DNA of 64,000 nt from Eledone cirrhosa. Lineage: Eukaryota. Below are positions 12,852-29,349 of this stretch, in pieces. Below the pieces are notes generated by a model. It did no database searches and was not told where the DNA came from. It saw only the letters and a program-made list of their open reading frames with translations. The translations under genes and the position numbers were made by a program. Where the stretch lies: assembly GCA_964016885.1 (NCBI GenBank), contig OZ024740.1:41354001-41418000 (forward strand), given 5' to 3'. Every line of letters starts with the position of its first letter. Positions within the stretch are counted from its first letter, which is position 1.

Positions 12852-15800
12852 CGCATCTCTCTGTCAGCCGGGAGGTGGAAGGGAAGTGACTGTCATGTTT
12901 CGGAAAAACCTGGATCTCGTAGTACAGCAAGTACACTTGGACCCGGAGGGTAGACTGGTAGCCCTAGACGTGAACAGTATTGGAGGTGGAGCCTTCAGAC
13001 TGGTGGCCGTTTATGCCCAGACCGGGCAATGACAATCGCGGCCAGACTTCTTTAAGCGTCTAGAGTCTTTTCTGGGAACGTCTCGTTCCTTGCTTTTAGT
13101 GGGGTACTGGAATGGTATCCTAGATGCACGATGGGACTATGTGGGAGCATGTCCCAATAGAGCGGGGTGCAACAGCCTCAAAAATCTAATCGGCCAATTC
13201 CAACCGGCCGATAGATATCGACTAGATTTCCCGACTGCACCACAGTGGACGTGGGCAAACCGCAGCGGGAAATCTAGATCGTATCTAGATAGGTTTTTCA
13301 TTAGAGAAAAGGACAAGAAGATGTTAAGCTGTCCACAAATGCACATGGTTGCCTATTCAGATCACAAACTAGTCGTCTGCATAGTCAACCGTGATAGAAT
13401 ACATACACAAGGACCCGGATACTGGAAGCTGAACGTGTCGTTGCCGGCACAAAAAGCCTACAGTGAACGGATAAGTAGATTAGTTAAGCAAGAGTTGACG
13501 GGAACCATCGTCAACAATAGATGGTGGTACTCTCCCAAGAGAGCAATTAGAGTAGAATCGATAGGGTTTAGCAGAGAATTAGCTTTAGAGAAAAAACAAA
13601 TCAGAAACAACTAGTAGCCAAGGTAGAAGAGGCGCTTAGGAGTGGCAACGCAGCTAGAGTGCTAGCATCGAGAACGGCACTGGACCAGTTCTTCGACGCG
13701 AAACACGAAGGCTGCGTGGTCAGAAGTAAATCACGTGCTCTAGGAAACGAGGGAGCAAAAGCTGTTAGCTGGGCCCGAGTGGCGGAAGCGAAAAGTGGCA
13801 ACAAGTCCACGATTCGGTCTTTGAAAGACCCAAACGGACGCGTGCTACTTGACCCCAGGCAGATGTGCGCGGCCTTTCAGCGGCACTTTGCGCGACTGTT
13901 TGAGCAGAACAACGGTGCACCGAACGGGGCAATGGACTTTGGTTCATACCTCGACGGCCTGCCGCGTCTCTCGAGCATGGACACCGATTTCTGCGAAAGA
14001 CCGATCACAAACACTGAGATACAGGACGCTCTGGGCCGCTGCGGGAAACGTAAATCACCCGGTCTAGATGGTCTACCCTATGAGTTTTACATAGGCATGC
14101 CGGACTTGTTCTCTGGCGTCCTCGAAGCCGTCTACAGCAATTGGCAGCAGAACGGGACAATTCCCAATTCTGCAGGCAGAGGCGTAGTAACGCTGATCAG
14201 GAAAGATGAGAACAAGGGGGACGAAATAAACAATCCCATAACTCTGCTCAACACAGAGTTAAAGATTTTGGCCAAGGTGCTAGCAACGAGGCTGGCGCTT
14301 GTCGAAAACCTGGTAGGGAAAGCGCAAACGTGTGCAATCCCGACCAGGTCCATACACGACAACCTCCACCTCATGCGACACATCATAGAGATGGTGGGGT
14401 GTAAACCCGAATTCGGTGGGGCTCTGATCAATTTAGATCACTCTAAGGCATTCGATAGAGTCGACCATCGATACTTAGAAGCAATTCTCAAGGCGGCCAG
14501 TTTCGGTCCCGTTTTCAAGGACTGGATCAAGGCGATGCACACCAGCATCTGCTCGAGGGTCAAGGTGAACGGCTACTTATCGGAGCCGTTCGCAATCACG
14601 CGTTCTATTCGGCACGGATGCCCTCTCTCCTCCATTCTGTACGTATTAACTCTAGAGCCACTACTGCGGAAGTTGGAGCTTTTGCAAGGCATAACTTTAG
14701 AACCGGGACTGCGAAAAGCGGCGTCGGCCTATGCCGACGACGTGACGGTAATGGTGTCGAAAACCTCGGTAATCAAGATAATCGGCACCCTACTACAGGA
14801 ATACGAAAGGTTCACAGGAGCAAAACTGAACCCGGACAAGTCTGTCGACAGCGTCGTCGAAAGAAACCGGTGAAATTGCTCGGGGTCTGGTTCGGTCCAG
14901 ACCTCCAGGGGGAGAAAAATTGGAACAAGGTCATGGCCAAGTTATTTGCGCTCCCCCAGAAGTGGGCAGAGTGCAAACTGTTTTTGAAAGGACGAGCGGA
15001 GGTGGCGAACACTTTCATAGCGTCCGTCATCTACTACCGCTTGACTGTCGTGCCTTGTCCCCGTAAATACCTCACCAAGATGGAACGCATGCTCTTCCAG
15101 TTCCTGCGGAAGAAGCAGGCTCCACTTCTCACAGGTGAGGAGATCCGTCTGCTGTCAACACCCTTCCAACGGAGGGCTGGGGATGCCGTGATGGCTAATG
15201 ATGCGCAAACGCGCTGAGGCTACGGCATCTCCAGGTATTCCTCACCGACCAACCGGTGTGGGAACCGTTTGTGAGACAGGCCTTCCCACAACGTGTCTCG
15301 CTTACGGAGCTGCAGTCCTGGGTGAAGCGAAGACCGAAGAAGATAGGCGCCTAGCACATTGAATGTGCCCAGGCGCTCACAGTCCTCTGTTAAGCGGGAA
15401 CAGCAATCAGTGGACTCCACTTCGACATTTTATAGAGGGTTAGTACTTTACAAGTGCGACGACGTGCTCGGGGAGACTCTAGGCTTCGAAGACGACGAGC
15501 TCACCAGTCTGTTCGGTAGGACTTTCCGCCCGGGACCTATGGACAACTTCCAGAGGTCCCTGGCCTGGCAGTGCTACCGAGCGGCTCTACCCGTTCGAGA
15601 TAAGATCTACAGGAACGGACGCCTCGGCAGGGATCCTTCGAAGACGTGTCCAAGATGCGAGCAAGACATTGAAACCGTCTTGCACGCAATTGTACACTCC
15701 CCGGGCGAAAGTGACCTGTGGAACTATGCAGAACAACTGCTGTCGCGTATGGGACAAATCCAGTTGACTGCCGAGACCATAGTAAGGATCAAACCGCCAG

Positions 15801-16298
15801 CCTCTTTCAAAAACGAAAGAGAGGCGGTTTTCCTCTGTACAGTGGCTAAGGTGAAAGAGGTTATATGGTGGACGAGATTGAGAGGACTGAGGACAGATGC
15901 CTTTCTCTCCGGACAACAATTGATTCCCTTCTTTAAGTATCACTTTAGAAGGAGAATCAGAGTGGAGAAAGAGGCACTACACCCCAGTAAATTTACTCAA
16001 AGGTGGGTGAATGAAGCGAAAATGGCCCGAGTGATTGGGCCTTCTCTGTTTATAAGCCTGTAGGTTGAGGAAGAGAGCAAAAGGAAGAAGGGAGCACTTG
16101 CACAACATGCTCCTGGAGTTGAGGGTTGTTCTATCGACTGGGTATTAAACAACCCATTTGTGGTGCCTCCCCCCTATTGGGGATTTCGATTGTTGTAATT
16201 GTCTGTTTTTATATTTTTTACACGACTGTATGTAAAATCCCCGGCATGTCTTTGTATTGTCCCCTTTTCTTGTGCGCCCTTGTGGCTAATAAAGAAAT
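12851..16298 (+). pseudogene. 5'-truncated Tx1 copy 2 (ORF2 with stops and frameshifts)
   Basis: ORFs 13090-13614, 13659-14873, 14618-15217 and 15359-16063 are collinear with ORF2. AATAAA at 16288. Preceded by (TATC)n at 12798-12850. Confidence 0.9.
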
Positions 16299-16301
16299 AT
16301 A

Positions 16302-18437
16302 TTTAGTTAAACAGCACTTGACAAGGGCCATTGTCAACAACAGATGGTGGTACTCTCTCAAGAGGGCAGTTAGATTAGACTCGTTAGTTTTTAGTAAAGA
16401 ATTAGCGTTAGATAGAAATAGAATCGAGAAGGAACTGGTAGATAAAGTAGAAGAGGCAATTAGAAGTGGCAACGTAGCCAGCGTGCTAGCAACGAGAACG
16501 GCCTTGGACCAGTTCTTCGACGCAAAGCACGAGGGCTGCGTTGTCAGAAGCAAAATACGTGCTCTAGGTAACGAGGGAGCCAAAGCTGTTAGCTGGGCCC
16601 GGGTGACGGAAGCAAAAAGTGGCAATAAGTCCACGATTCGGTCTTTGAAGGACCAAGACGGACGCGTGATACGTGAGCCGAAGCAGATATGCGCGGCCTT
16701 TCAGCGGCACTTTGCTCAGCTGTTCGGGCAGGACGCCGCGCCGGGAGGGGCTATGGATTTCGGTCCATACCTCGACGGCCTACCGCGACTCTCGGACAGC
16801 GAGGCAAAGTTCTGCGAAAAGCCGATTTCAGCCGCTGGGATAGGGGACGCGCTGAGCCAATGCGGCAAACGCAAATCTCCAGGTCTCGACGGTCTACCCT
16901 ACGAATTTTACGTAGCAATGCCGGATTGTTCTCCGGTCTCCTGGAAGCGGTCTACTGCAACTGGCAGCAGAACGGGAGAATTCCCAGTTCTGTGACCAGG
17001 GGCGTAGTCATACTAGTCAGGAAGGACGAGAATAAGGGGGATGACATAGGCAACTTCCAGCCCATAACTCTGCTAAACACAGAGTTACAGATTTTGGCCA
17101 AGGTGTGGGCAAAGAGACTGGCGCTTGTCGTCGAAAACCTGGTGGGAGAAGCGCAGACATGCGCAATCCCGACAAGGTCCATACACGACAACCTCCACCT
17201 CATGCGATACATCATAGAGAGGGTAGGGTGTAAACCCGGCTTCGGTGGGGTCCTGATCAACTTGGATCAGTCTAAGGCTTTCGATAGGGTTGACCATCGT
17301 TACCTGGATGCGGTGATCGAGGCGGCAGGCTTCGGACCCACGTTCAGGGGCTGGATTGCTGCAATGCACAACAGCAACATCTGCTCAAGGGTCAAGGTGA
17401 ACGGCTACCTCTCGGAGTCGTTGCATATCACGCGATCCATCCGACAGGGATGCCCTCTCTCCTCTCTTCTGTACGTACTGACTCTCGAGCCACTACTGCG
17501 GAAGCTGGAGCTATTGCAGGGCATCCCTCTAGAACCGGGAATGCAGAAAGCGGCATCGGCCTACGCCGACGACGTGACAGTAATGGTGTCGAGCACCTCG
17601 CAAATCGAGGAAGTCGGCACCTTACTGAAGGAATACGAAAGTTTCACAGGACGAAGCTGAACCGGGACAAGTCCGTCGGTTTGCAACTCGGATCGTGGAG
17701 AGGCAAACCGATGCCTTCCGATGGCGTCGTCGGACGCTGGACGGAAGGACCGGTGAAGCTGCTCGGGGTCTGGTTTGGTCCGGACCTCCAGGTGGAGAAA
17801 AACTGGAACGAGGTGACGGCCAAGGTGTTTGCGCTCACCCAGAAGTGGGCCGAGTGCAAACTATCCTCGAAAGGTCGAGCGGAGGTGGCGAACACTTTTA
17901 TAGCGTCCGTCATCTACTACTGCTTGACCGTCGTGCCTTGTCCAGCCCAAACTCTCACCAAAATGGAGCGCTCTTCCAATTCCTTTGGAAGAAACGGGCT
18001 CCTCTGGTGAGAAGATCCATCTGCTGTCAACACCCTTCAAACGGAGGGCTGGGTATGCCGTGGCTGACGATGCGCAAATACCACTTTGGAAGAAGAATCA
18101 GGATGGAGAGAGAGGTGCTGTACCCCAGAAAGTTTTATGAAAGGTGGGTGAAAGTGGCGAGAATGGCCCGAGTGAATGGGCTTTCTCTCTATATCAGCCT
18201 ATAGGTTGAGGAAAAGGAGGAGGAGAGGAAAGGAGTACAAACTCTTCGTACTCCTGGAGATGAGGGTTGCACATTTTTTCGGGGGTATGTGTTACCCATA
18301 TGAACTGCCTCCCCCTATCGAAAATCGACTAATTTTTTAAATTGCAATTATGATAACATTTTACACGTTTTTATTGTATGTAAACTTCCCCTTTTGTATT
18401 TGTCCCCTTCTTTTGTGCCCCTGTGGCTAATAAAGAA

Positions 18438-18438
<1 letters not shown>
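16302..18438 (+). pseudogene. 5'-truncated Tx1 copy 3 with ~0.7-kb internal deletion at ~18078
   Basis: Starts at [16 protein letters not shown]. Junction MRK|YHFGRR skips the region present at ~11705-12440 in copy 1. AATAAA at 18429, then (TATC)n to 18551. Confidence 0.9.
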
Positions 18439-18505
<67 letters not shown>

Positions 18506-18551
18506 GTCCATCTATTTATTTATCTATCTGTCTATCTATCTATCTATCTAT

Positions 18552-21438
18552 ACGGATTAGCACCTTAGTTAAGAGCCAATTGACGGGGGCGATCGTCAAC
18601 AACAGGTGGTGGAGCTCTCTCAAGAGAACAATCGATAGCATTTAGCAAGGAAGTAGCTTTAGAAAAAAGAAACTGAAAAGGAACTGGTAGATAAAGTAGT
18701 AGAGGCACTTAGGAATGGCAGTACAGCTGACGTGCTAGCGGCTAGAACGGCACTAGACCAGTTCTTCAACATGAAACACGAAGGTTGTATTTTCAGAAGT
18801 AGAACACGTTCTCTAAGAAACGAGTGAGTCAAGGCTGTTAGCTGGGCCCGAGTGGCAGAGGCGAAAAGTGGCAACAAATCCACAATTCGGTCTTTGCAAG
18901 ACAAAAATGGACGCAATCTACTTGAATCCAAGCAAATAGGCACGGCCTTCCAGCAGCACTTTGAACAACTTTTCGCGCAAAGCGGTACGTCGAGCGAGAT
19001 AATGGACTTCAGTTCCTACCTCGACGGCCTACCACGACTCTCGAGCACGGATGCAGAGAGCTGCGAAAGGCTGATTACAGCGGGCGAAATAGAAGATACG
19101 CTAGGCCGCTGCGGGAAACGCAAATAACCCGGTTTAGATGGTCTTCCCTATGAGTTTTACATAGGCACGCCAGACTTGTTCTCTGGCGTCCTCGAAGTCT
19201 ACTGCAACTGGCAGCAGAACGGGAGGATTCCCAGTTCTGTAGGCAGAGGCATAGTAACGATGATCAGGAAAGATGAGAACAAATGGGATGAGATAAGCAA
19301 TTTTAGGCCCATTACTCTGCTCAACACAGAGTTAAAGATTTTGGCCAAGGTGTTAGAAACGAGGCTGGCACTTGTAGAGAAACTGGTAGGAGAAGCGCAG
19401 ACGTGTGCAATCCCGACCAGGTCCATACACGACAACCTCCACCTCATGCGATACATAATAGAGAGGGTAGGATGTAAACCTGGCTTCGGTGGGGCTCTGA
19501 TCAATATATATCAGTTTAAGGCATTTGATAGGGTCGACCATCAATACTTGGAAGCAGTTCTCAAGACGGCAGGCTTCGGTCCCGTCTTCAGAAGCTGGAT
19601 CACTGCCATGCACACCAGCATCTGCTCGGCAGTCAAGGTGAATGGCTACCTCTCGGAGCCATTCCAAATCATGTGTTCCATCCGTCAGGGATGCCCTCTC
19701 ACCTCCATTCTGTATGTACTGACTCTCGAACCATTACTGTGGAAGTTAGAGCTGTTGCAGGGCATCCCGATCGAACCAGAACTGCGGAAAGCAGCGTCGA
19801 CCTATGCCGACGACATAACCATAATGGTGTCGAAAACCTCGGAAATCGGGGTAATCGGCACCCTATTACAAGAATACGAAACGTTAACAGGAGCAAGACT
19901 AAACCCAAACAAGCCTGTCGGTTTGCAACTCGGCACATGGAGAGGCAAACCCATGCCTTCCGACAGTGTCGTCGGACGCTGGACGGAAGGACCGGTGAAA
20001 TTGCTCGGGGTCTGGTTTGGTCCAGACCTCCAGGTGGACAAGAACTGGAATGAGGTCACGGAGAAGGTGTTTGCACTCACCCAGAAGTGGGCTGAGTGCA
20101 AACTCTCCTTGAAAGGTCGAGCGGAGGTGGCGAATACTTACATAGCGACCGTCATCTACTACCGCTTGACAGTCGTGCCTTGTCCCAGCGAACACCTCAC
20201 CAAAACGGAACGCCAACTCCTCAAGTTCCTCTGGAAGAAACTGGCTCCATTGGTGAGGAGATCCATCTGCTGTTAACACCCTTCTAACGGAAGGCTGGGC
20301 ATGCCGTGGCTGATGATGCGCAAACACGCGCTGAGGCTACGCCATCTCCAGGTATTCCTGACCAGCGAACCGGTGTGGCTGTCGTTTGTGAGACGAGCTC
20401 TTCCACAACTCGTCTCACTAACAGAGCTGCAGTCCTGGGTCAAGCGAAGATCGAAAATGGGCGCCTGACACCTCGAGTGCCTTCAGGCGCTCACAGCCCT
20501 CTACCAAGCGGAAACGGCAATCCGCGAAGACTCCACTTCGACATTCTATAGGGATTAGTGGAGGATAAGTCCGACGACGTTCTCGGGGAAACTCTAGGCA
20601 TCGAGGAGGACGAGCTGACCAGTCTGTTCGGGAGGACTTTCCAGGGCCTATGTATAACTTCCAGAGGTCTCTGGCCTGGCAGTGCTACCGAGGAGCTCTA
20701 CCTGTTCGAGACAAAATCTATAGGCACGGACACTCTGGCAGAGATCCTGCCAAAAGGACCTGTTCAAGATGCGAGCAGGGCATCGAAACCGTTCTGCACG
20801 CAATTGTTCAGTGCCCAGGGGTGACCGACCTGTGGAATTATGTCGAACAGCTACTGTCACGTGTGGGACGCATCCAGTTGTCAGCCGAGTCCATCGTGAG
20901 GATCACCTCGCCGCCTTCATTTAAGAATGAAGGAGAGGCGGTTTTCCTCTGTCTGGTGGCTACGGCGAAAGAGGTAATATGGTGGACGAAGTTAAAAGGA
21001 CTGAGGGCAAACACCTTTCTCCCCGGACAACAACTTATCCCCTCGTTTAAGTACCACTTCAGAAGGTAGGTGAGAGTGGAGAGAGAGAGGTGCTACACCC
21101 CTTGTAAATTCGCTGAAAGGTGGGTGAATGTGGCGAAAATGGCCCGAGTGAATGGGCCTTCTCTGTATATAAACCTGTAGGTTGAGGAAGATAAACAGAG
21201 GGAAGACGGGAACACCTACAAAACGTGTTCCTGGTGTTGAGGGTTGTTCTATCCACGGGGTGTAAAACAACCCTGCAGTAACGTTCCCCGCTATTGGGGA
21301 TTTCAATTGTTATTTTATTATATATAGTTTATTGTTATTTATTAATGTTAAAGTTATATGATTTTTATGTAACATCTTGTAATGTTCCATTTGTGTACGC
21401 CCCTGTGGCAAATAAAGATATCTATCTATCTATCTATA
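18552..21438 (+). pseudogene. 5'-truncated Tx1 copy 4
   Basis: ORFs 18852-19127, 19176-20276 and 20650-21069 are collinear with ORF2. AATAAA at 21411, then short (TATC)n. Confidence 0.9.
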
Positions 21439-21439
21439 T

Positions 21440-21730
<291 letters not shown>

Positions 21731-21744
21731 CAAATTATAAACGT

Positions 21745-22085
21745 AAACATGTAAGTATGTTTTTGAAACGGTGCGCGAGTTTGAAATTAGAAATTATAAG
21801 CTTTCACCGTATTTTAGACTAAAGAAATTTCTAGCCTGATAGTGGGGTTTATAACCCTCGGAGAAATGGAAAAAGATGAGTGTTGCCGTACATGGGAGTC
21901 GAACCCACATCTTTGGTTATCCACATCGAACCCACATCTTTGGTCTGGATAACCAAAGATGTGGGTTCGACTCCCATGTACGGCAACACTCATCTTTTTC
22001 CATTTCTCCGAGGGTTATAAACCCCACTATCAGGCTAGAAATTTCTTTAGTCTAAAATACGGTGAAAGCTTATAATTTCTAATTT
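21745..22085. mobile_element. Fold-back insert containing a tRNA T-arm/B box (family B copy 1); arms 21784-21923 / 21946-22085
   Basis: 140-bp reverse-complement arms. gtggg-TTCGACT-cccat at 21961-21977. Extra tail on the left arm only. (TA)n flanks. Sisters at 26176-26348 and 39575-39752. Confidence 0.85.
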
Positions 22086-22506
22086 ATATATATATATATA
22101 CATATGTCTGTCTGTCACACATTCACATCCATCTCTCTGCTCATATATACATAAAAGATGATAAATACAATCATAGCTATATATCGATTGACATAAAGTA
22201 GACGTTTATGTCTATATCGTTATGACCAACAAAGACAGCTATATTTACGACTATATTTCTATCACACTGTAAAATAACTGCAACAAGCCCGTAACCATTA
22301 AATATGAATTATGCTTTGTAAATGTTAAACGTTTGCCGTCGATGAAATATGAAACTATACGGTCATGGTTGTGTAAAACTTTTAAAGCTACTAAAGTCAA
22401 ATGTTAAACTGCAGAAGCTTACAGCCTTTTCAATTCAACACACACACACACACACACACACGCGCGAGCGCACACACATACACGCGCGCGCACACACATA
22501 CACACG

Positions 22507-22571
<65 letters not shown>

Positions 22572-22674
22572 GCATATTTTGTTGCCCGAATATGTTATTG
22601 TAATCACTGAAGAAAGAACCCTCAATAGTGATTACGACCAGCCTAGGAAGATATACGCCAGTCTGCCATGTATT

Positions 22675-22704
<30 letters not shown>

Positions 22705-22710
<6 letters not shown>

Positions 22711-22924
22711 CTACTAAAACTCCGTGATTGTATGCTTGTCCGTAATTTAATACATCCAAAACAGCGCATGATGGGAAAATACTTTGAAAGATGTTGCCCC
22801 TAAAATGGCAATACAAATGGAATAAAACAAGTTTCGCGATATGGGATTTTTCCGAGTACCTCCATAAATAGAGAGAGAGAAAGATAGAGAGAAAGAGATA
22901 ATGGTTGTGAGAGAGTATATTGAA

Positions 22925-22925
<1 letters not shown>
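22705..22925 (-). mobile_element. 3' part of a Helitron-like non-autonomous repeat (homologous to ~31820-32065)
   Basis: Shares gcgaaacttgttttattcc...ctttcaaagtattttccca...ttttagta with the 31416-32065 element. Confidence 0.5.
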
Positions 22926-22964
<39 letters not shown>

Positions 22965-22968
<4 letters not shown>

Positions 22969-23456
22969 AATTGAGGTTGGTAATGGCACATGGAATATAT
23001 GAGACAGAATACTTTTTTGTGAAAAAACATATAATTTTATAAGGGAAGGAAAGAATAAAGGGTATAAAAAATGACCGGTTTCGATGGGTCTGCAAAAGCC
23101 ATCTTTTCAAATGTTGATTAATATTAAGAAAAATTAATAATAAGAAGAGTTAAAATTTGAGATTTGAAAATTCAAGTATAAAATTCAGTGTGGGATTTCA
23201 TAGTAGTTTTCATCTTGGTAGCAGCAAGTTGACTGCTGTGTGTCTCTTTCTGGTGGTGAATGAGGAATTATTTGTGGGGAGTGGTTTTTAAAAAAAATTT
23301 TTTTTTAAGGTCAGATTTAGCAATAGCCAGATGGCCAGCTGCTGGTCAGTGAGGGGGTGGAAGCAATATACATACATATATCTCCCTGTGGTCGGTAGGA
23401 GAGGGGAGAGTGATAGAAAGGGATTTAGTGCACTTACACCTATATATACACATATA

Positions 23457-23510
<54 letters not shown>

Positions 23511-23651
23511 CAATACATACAGAATAGCTGGACACTCACAGTAAAGTGACCAGTGAAAAACTTGGTACATCTACATATGTATACGTGTGTGTATTCATAT
23601 GCATACTAGTATTTCAGTATACATATGTGGATGTACATTTTTAACTTAATT

Positions 23652-23707
<56 letters not shown>

Positions 23708-24259
23708 ATGTATATGTATATGTGTGTGGATGAGGGTATGTGTATATATAGGTGTAAGTGCACTAAATCCCTTTCTATCACTCTCCCCTCTCCTACCGAC
23801 CACAGGGAGATATATGTATGTATATTGCTTCCACCCCCTCACTGACCAGCAGCTGGCCATCTGGCCATTGCTAAATCTGACCTTAAAAAAAAAAAAAAAA
23901 AAAAAAACCACTCCCCACAAATAATTCCTCATTCACCACCAGAAAGAGACACACAGCAGTCAACTTGCTGCTACCAAGATGAAAACTACTATGAAATCCC
24001 ACACTGAATTTTATACTTGAATTTTCAAATCTCAAATTTTAACTCTTCTTATTATTAATTTTTCTTAATATTAATCAACATTTGAAAAGATGGCTTTTGC
24101 AGACCCATCGAAACCGGTCATTTTTTATACCCTTTATTCTTTCCTTACCTTATAAAATTATATGTTTTTTCACAAAAAAGTATTCTGTCTCTTATATATT
24201 CCATGTGCCATTACCAACCTCAATTTTCTCTATAACCTTCGTTTTGTGTAGTAACTTAC

Positions 24260-24263
<4 letters not shown>
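22965..24263. mobile_element. Large fold-back PLE pLTR insert, ~490-bp arms 22965-23454 / 23737-24229, short tail to 24263
   Basis: Arms are reverse complements (duplicated ORF text MKRWLLQTHRNRSFF on both strands). (TA)n flanks. Confidence 0.88.
24075..24125 (+). ncRNA. Minimal type-I hammerhead ribozyme, U3-A8 core variant
   Basis: aacat-TTGAAAA-GATGG..CCATC-GAAA-CCGG-TC-atttt; palindromic stem III ACCGGT. Mirror copy on minus at ~23070-23117. Confidence 0.65.
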
Positions 24264-25671
<1,408 letters not shown>

Positions 25672-25890
25672 GTGTTGTTGAATGAAATTATATAACAGGT
25701 GACTTCAAAGAATCGAATACAGCATTACGGTATCTAGCTAAAATTTAGTGACTGAATATTAAGTCATATGCATCATATAACTTGTGTTTTATATATATAT
25801 ATATATATAGCAGTAATAAACAAAGCCAAATTTTAAATATTTGACTTATTTATTTTATTTTATTTTATTTTATTTTATTTTATTTTATTT

Positions 25891-26395
<505 letters not shown>

Positions 26396-26859
26396 TGACA
26401 GCTCACCTATGCAGGTTTAGCTGGCCTCCTCCAAGGTATATATCGTTGGCGGTGTCTTGGGTAATTTAATGATAGGGACCCCAGTCCTATCATCTCATTT
26501 CTACAGCTGAGTAAACTGGAGCAACGTGAAATAAAGCAGGTGGTCTAATATATATATATAAGGCAGTATAGTTTACATGAAGCATTGTGAGATATGTAAT
26601 AAATGATAAGGTGTTTGAAAGCCGGTACAATGGGGATAGAAATATAAAAGAGGTACTTGGGTAAAAGGATGACACCCCCTACCAAAACAAACAAACAAAC
26701 GAAAAACCCCAACAAAAATAATGTTTTTAACAAATATATTTCTTCATGATATTTCAAGGAAAAGTTCGTGAGAACAGAATGCCTCGTCTTTCTGCATTTA
26801 TTTGGAAAGACATTGAAATATCATAAAGAAATATTTTGGGTAAAAACAGGCTTTATCCA

Positions 26860-29120
26860 ATATCCTACTAAAACACACACATGCATGTACTCCACAACCT
26901 CTCCAGATCGCAATTCACCATTCTAAGAGACTTAAGATCAAAGAACCTCATATACCTACCTTCCGACAAGGGAAAAGAGTTCTGCGTTATCTCTAGAGAA
27001 GCCTACAGTGATTTAACATAGCATCTTAATGATAACAGCCTCTACTCCAATGACACCTGAATCACACCCGCACTGATCGAGAGCCTGATAAATACCACGT
27101 GGCCCAACATCTGCCACCGACAAAAGCCCCCGAAGAGATTCCGACACAACTTCATTAGTTTAAATAGGCTACCCAATTTCTACCACCTTATTAAGACCCA
27201 CAAAGAAGCAGCCGACCTGAAAATCAGGCCTATTGTTTCCAGTTTGGAAAGACCTTCATACAAAATCTCATAGCTTCTATCCAGGATCTTAAAACCCCTG
27301 TTGACAACCTTCCCAGGTCACTTCAATAGCTCGGAAGAAGTCATCCAACGACTCAACCAACTAGAACCCGGCACCCTCAAATACAACAGGTATCCATTCA
27401 GCCGAGACGTGGTATCCCTATATACCTAGGTACCTGCGTTCCCGGCTGTAGACATACTAACAGAGTGCATTTGTTCCACCGATCTTCATTGTTTAGGCAT
27501 CACCTCCACCAACATCCACCAGCTCTTATCCATTGTTGTCAGCAACACCTTTTTCAGTTTCCTTGGCCACACCTTCCAACAGACTTCAGAAATACCCATG
27601 GGATCCAGCCTGTCGGGTTTACTGGCCATCTCATACTCGAACGCTGAGTGCTCAGTACCAGCGACTAATGTATTCACTAGATATGTGGATGATACCCTCA
27701 TCCTCACATCTTCCCATGAGAATGCCAACAGGATATTCCAGTCGTTCAAAAACGCAGACAAAATATCTGGTTCAATGTAGAACATCCATCCGACTTTGGA
27801 TCCCTTGTTCTTCTCGACTTCAGACTGGGCATCACTGAAAGCGGAGAAATCAACACCTATTTCTACCGCGATGCGGCTTGTAGAGACCTTTTCGTTCACC
27901 ACAAATCTGCCCTTCCCAACACATCTAAAGAGGGTACATAAGAAATGAAATTGCGCGCATATGTAAAAGATGCCATCCACATAAGACAGTTTCGAAAGAT
28001 GTTAGAAACGAAACCAACGGCTACCCAGCTTCCTTTTCCACCCAAGGTGAAACCCCGAACCCAGAAGAAGGATCAACCCAGACAATAGTTGCTTCATTAG
28101 GATTCCACATCTCACCGAAGAAATAACCAATGCCATACGCAGGGCCATCCAGAGGGAAGACCTTAACATCAGACTGGCCCATCCAGGACTTTTCCTGCGG
28201 AGATACCTATCTAAAAAACAACCCCTCAGTGAGGAGAATACATGCACCGGAAGCAATTGCCTCATCTGCAGCACTAATTATTGCCTGCATGCCTATGTGG
28301 TGCACAGGTTGGAATGTGGCAAGTACAGCCAATTCTACATCAGCAGCACTATTCGACCCCTGCTCCACAGAATAAAAGAACACGTCACTACAAACTCCTC
28401 ATCGTTCTACAAGCACATCCGCAAAAACAAAGAATAAAATAATAACTACCACCATCATGGCTACTAAACGCAGTACAGGCACCCTGAGAATCAGTGAGAC
28501 CCTCTTGATTAAACGACTTAAGCCCCACATTAATAATAGAATGGAAAGGAATGAGGCACATTGGATGATCTAACTTGATCTATCCTGCATATCTACACGC
28601 ACACATTTGCTTACACACACACATGTTCTCACATATATGCACACATTCTTACATACACACGCAAACATATGTCACTGCATTTAGACACATACATACACAT
28701 TTATATATTCATACACATATTTGCACATATAAACACTAACATTCACGCACACACATATATCTTATATACATATTTACACACGCTTTTGCAAACGTGCTCA
28801 AACAGGTACATTTAGACATTGACGACGTGTGCTTATTTCGTACATGCGGAAACTAAACCTAATACAAACTGTTATTCAAAATGAAAACAATAAATAAACG
28901 GCCACAAAGAAGAAAAAATCTCTATTTCTCTCCAAAGCCCAATCTACGGACTTCCAACGATAATGGATGATAAATCCGAGAAATTTTTGGAATAATAAAT
29001 TGCTAAGGTAACTTTCAATCTTTTGTCCTTTCTTTTATTTTGGTTTCTTTCACAATTTCCTACTGATTATTACCATAGCAATCTAACACACTTGCATTGT
29101 ACGGCTTTCTATACAAACGG
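26860..29120 (+). pseudogene. Decayed Penelope-like element (YVDD RT + C-terminal GIY-YIG; Poseidon/Neptune-type) with 3' pLTR
   Basis: Motifs across frames: YLPSDKG, FYHLIKTHK..KIRPIVS, MGSSLSGLLA, TRYVDDT, Cys cluster then FYI..T.R.L..RIKEH. The 3' region matches 52130-52480 on the minus strand. Confidence 0.8.
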
Positions 29121-29127
29121 ACATTTC

Positions 29128-29349
<222 letters not shown>

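Noticed and set aside
16126-16995. 289-aa ORF with a hydrophobic N-terminus as a membrane protein
   Set aside because: Chance read-through from the copy 2 3'UTR into truncated copy 3 ORF2.
21946-21985. Functional tRNA gene
   Set aside because: Only the 3' half is present; no D-arm or 5' acceptor strand; part of a repeat family.
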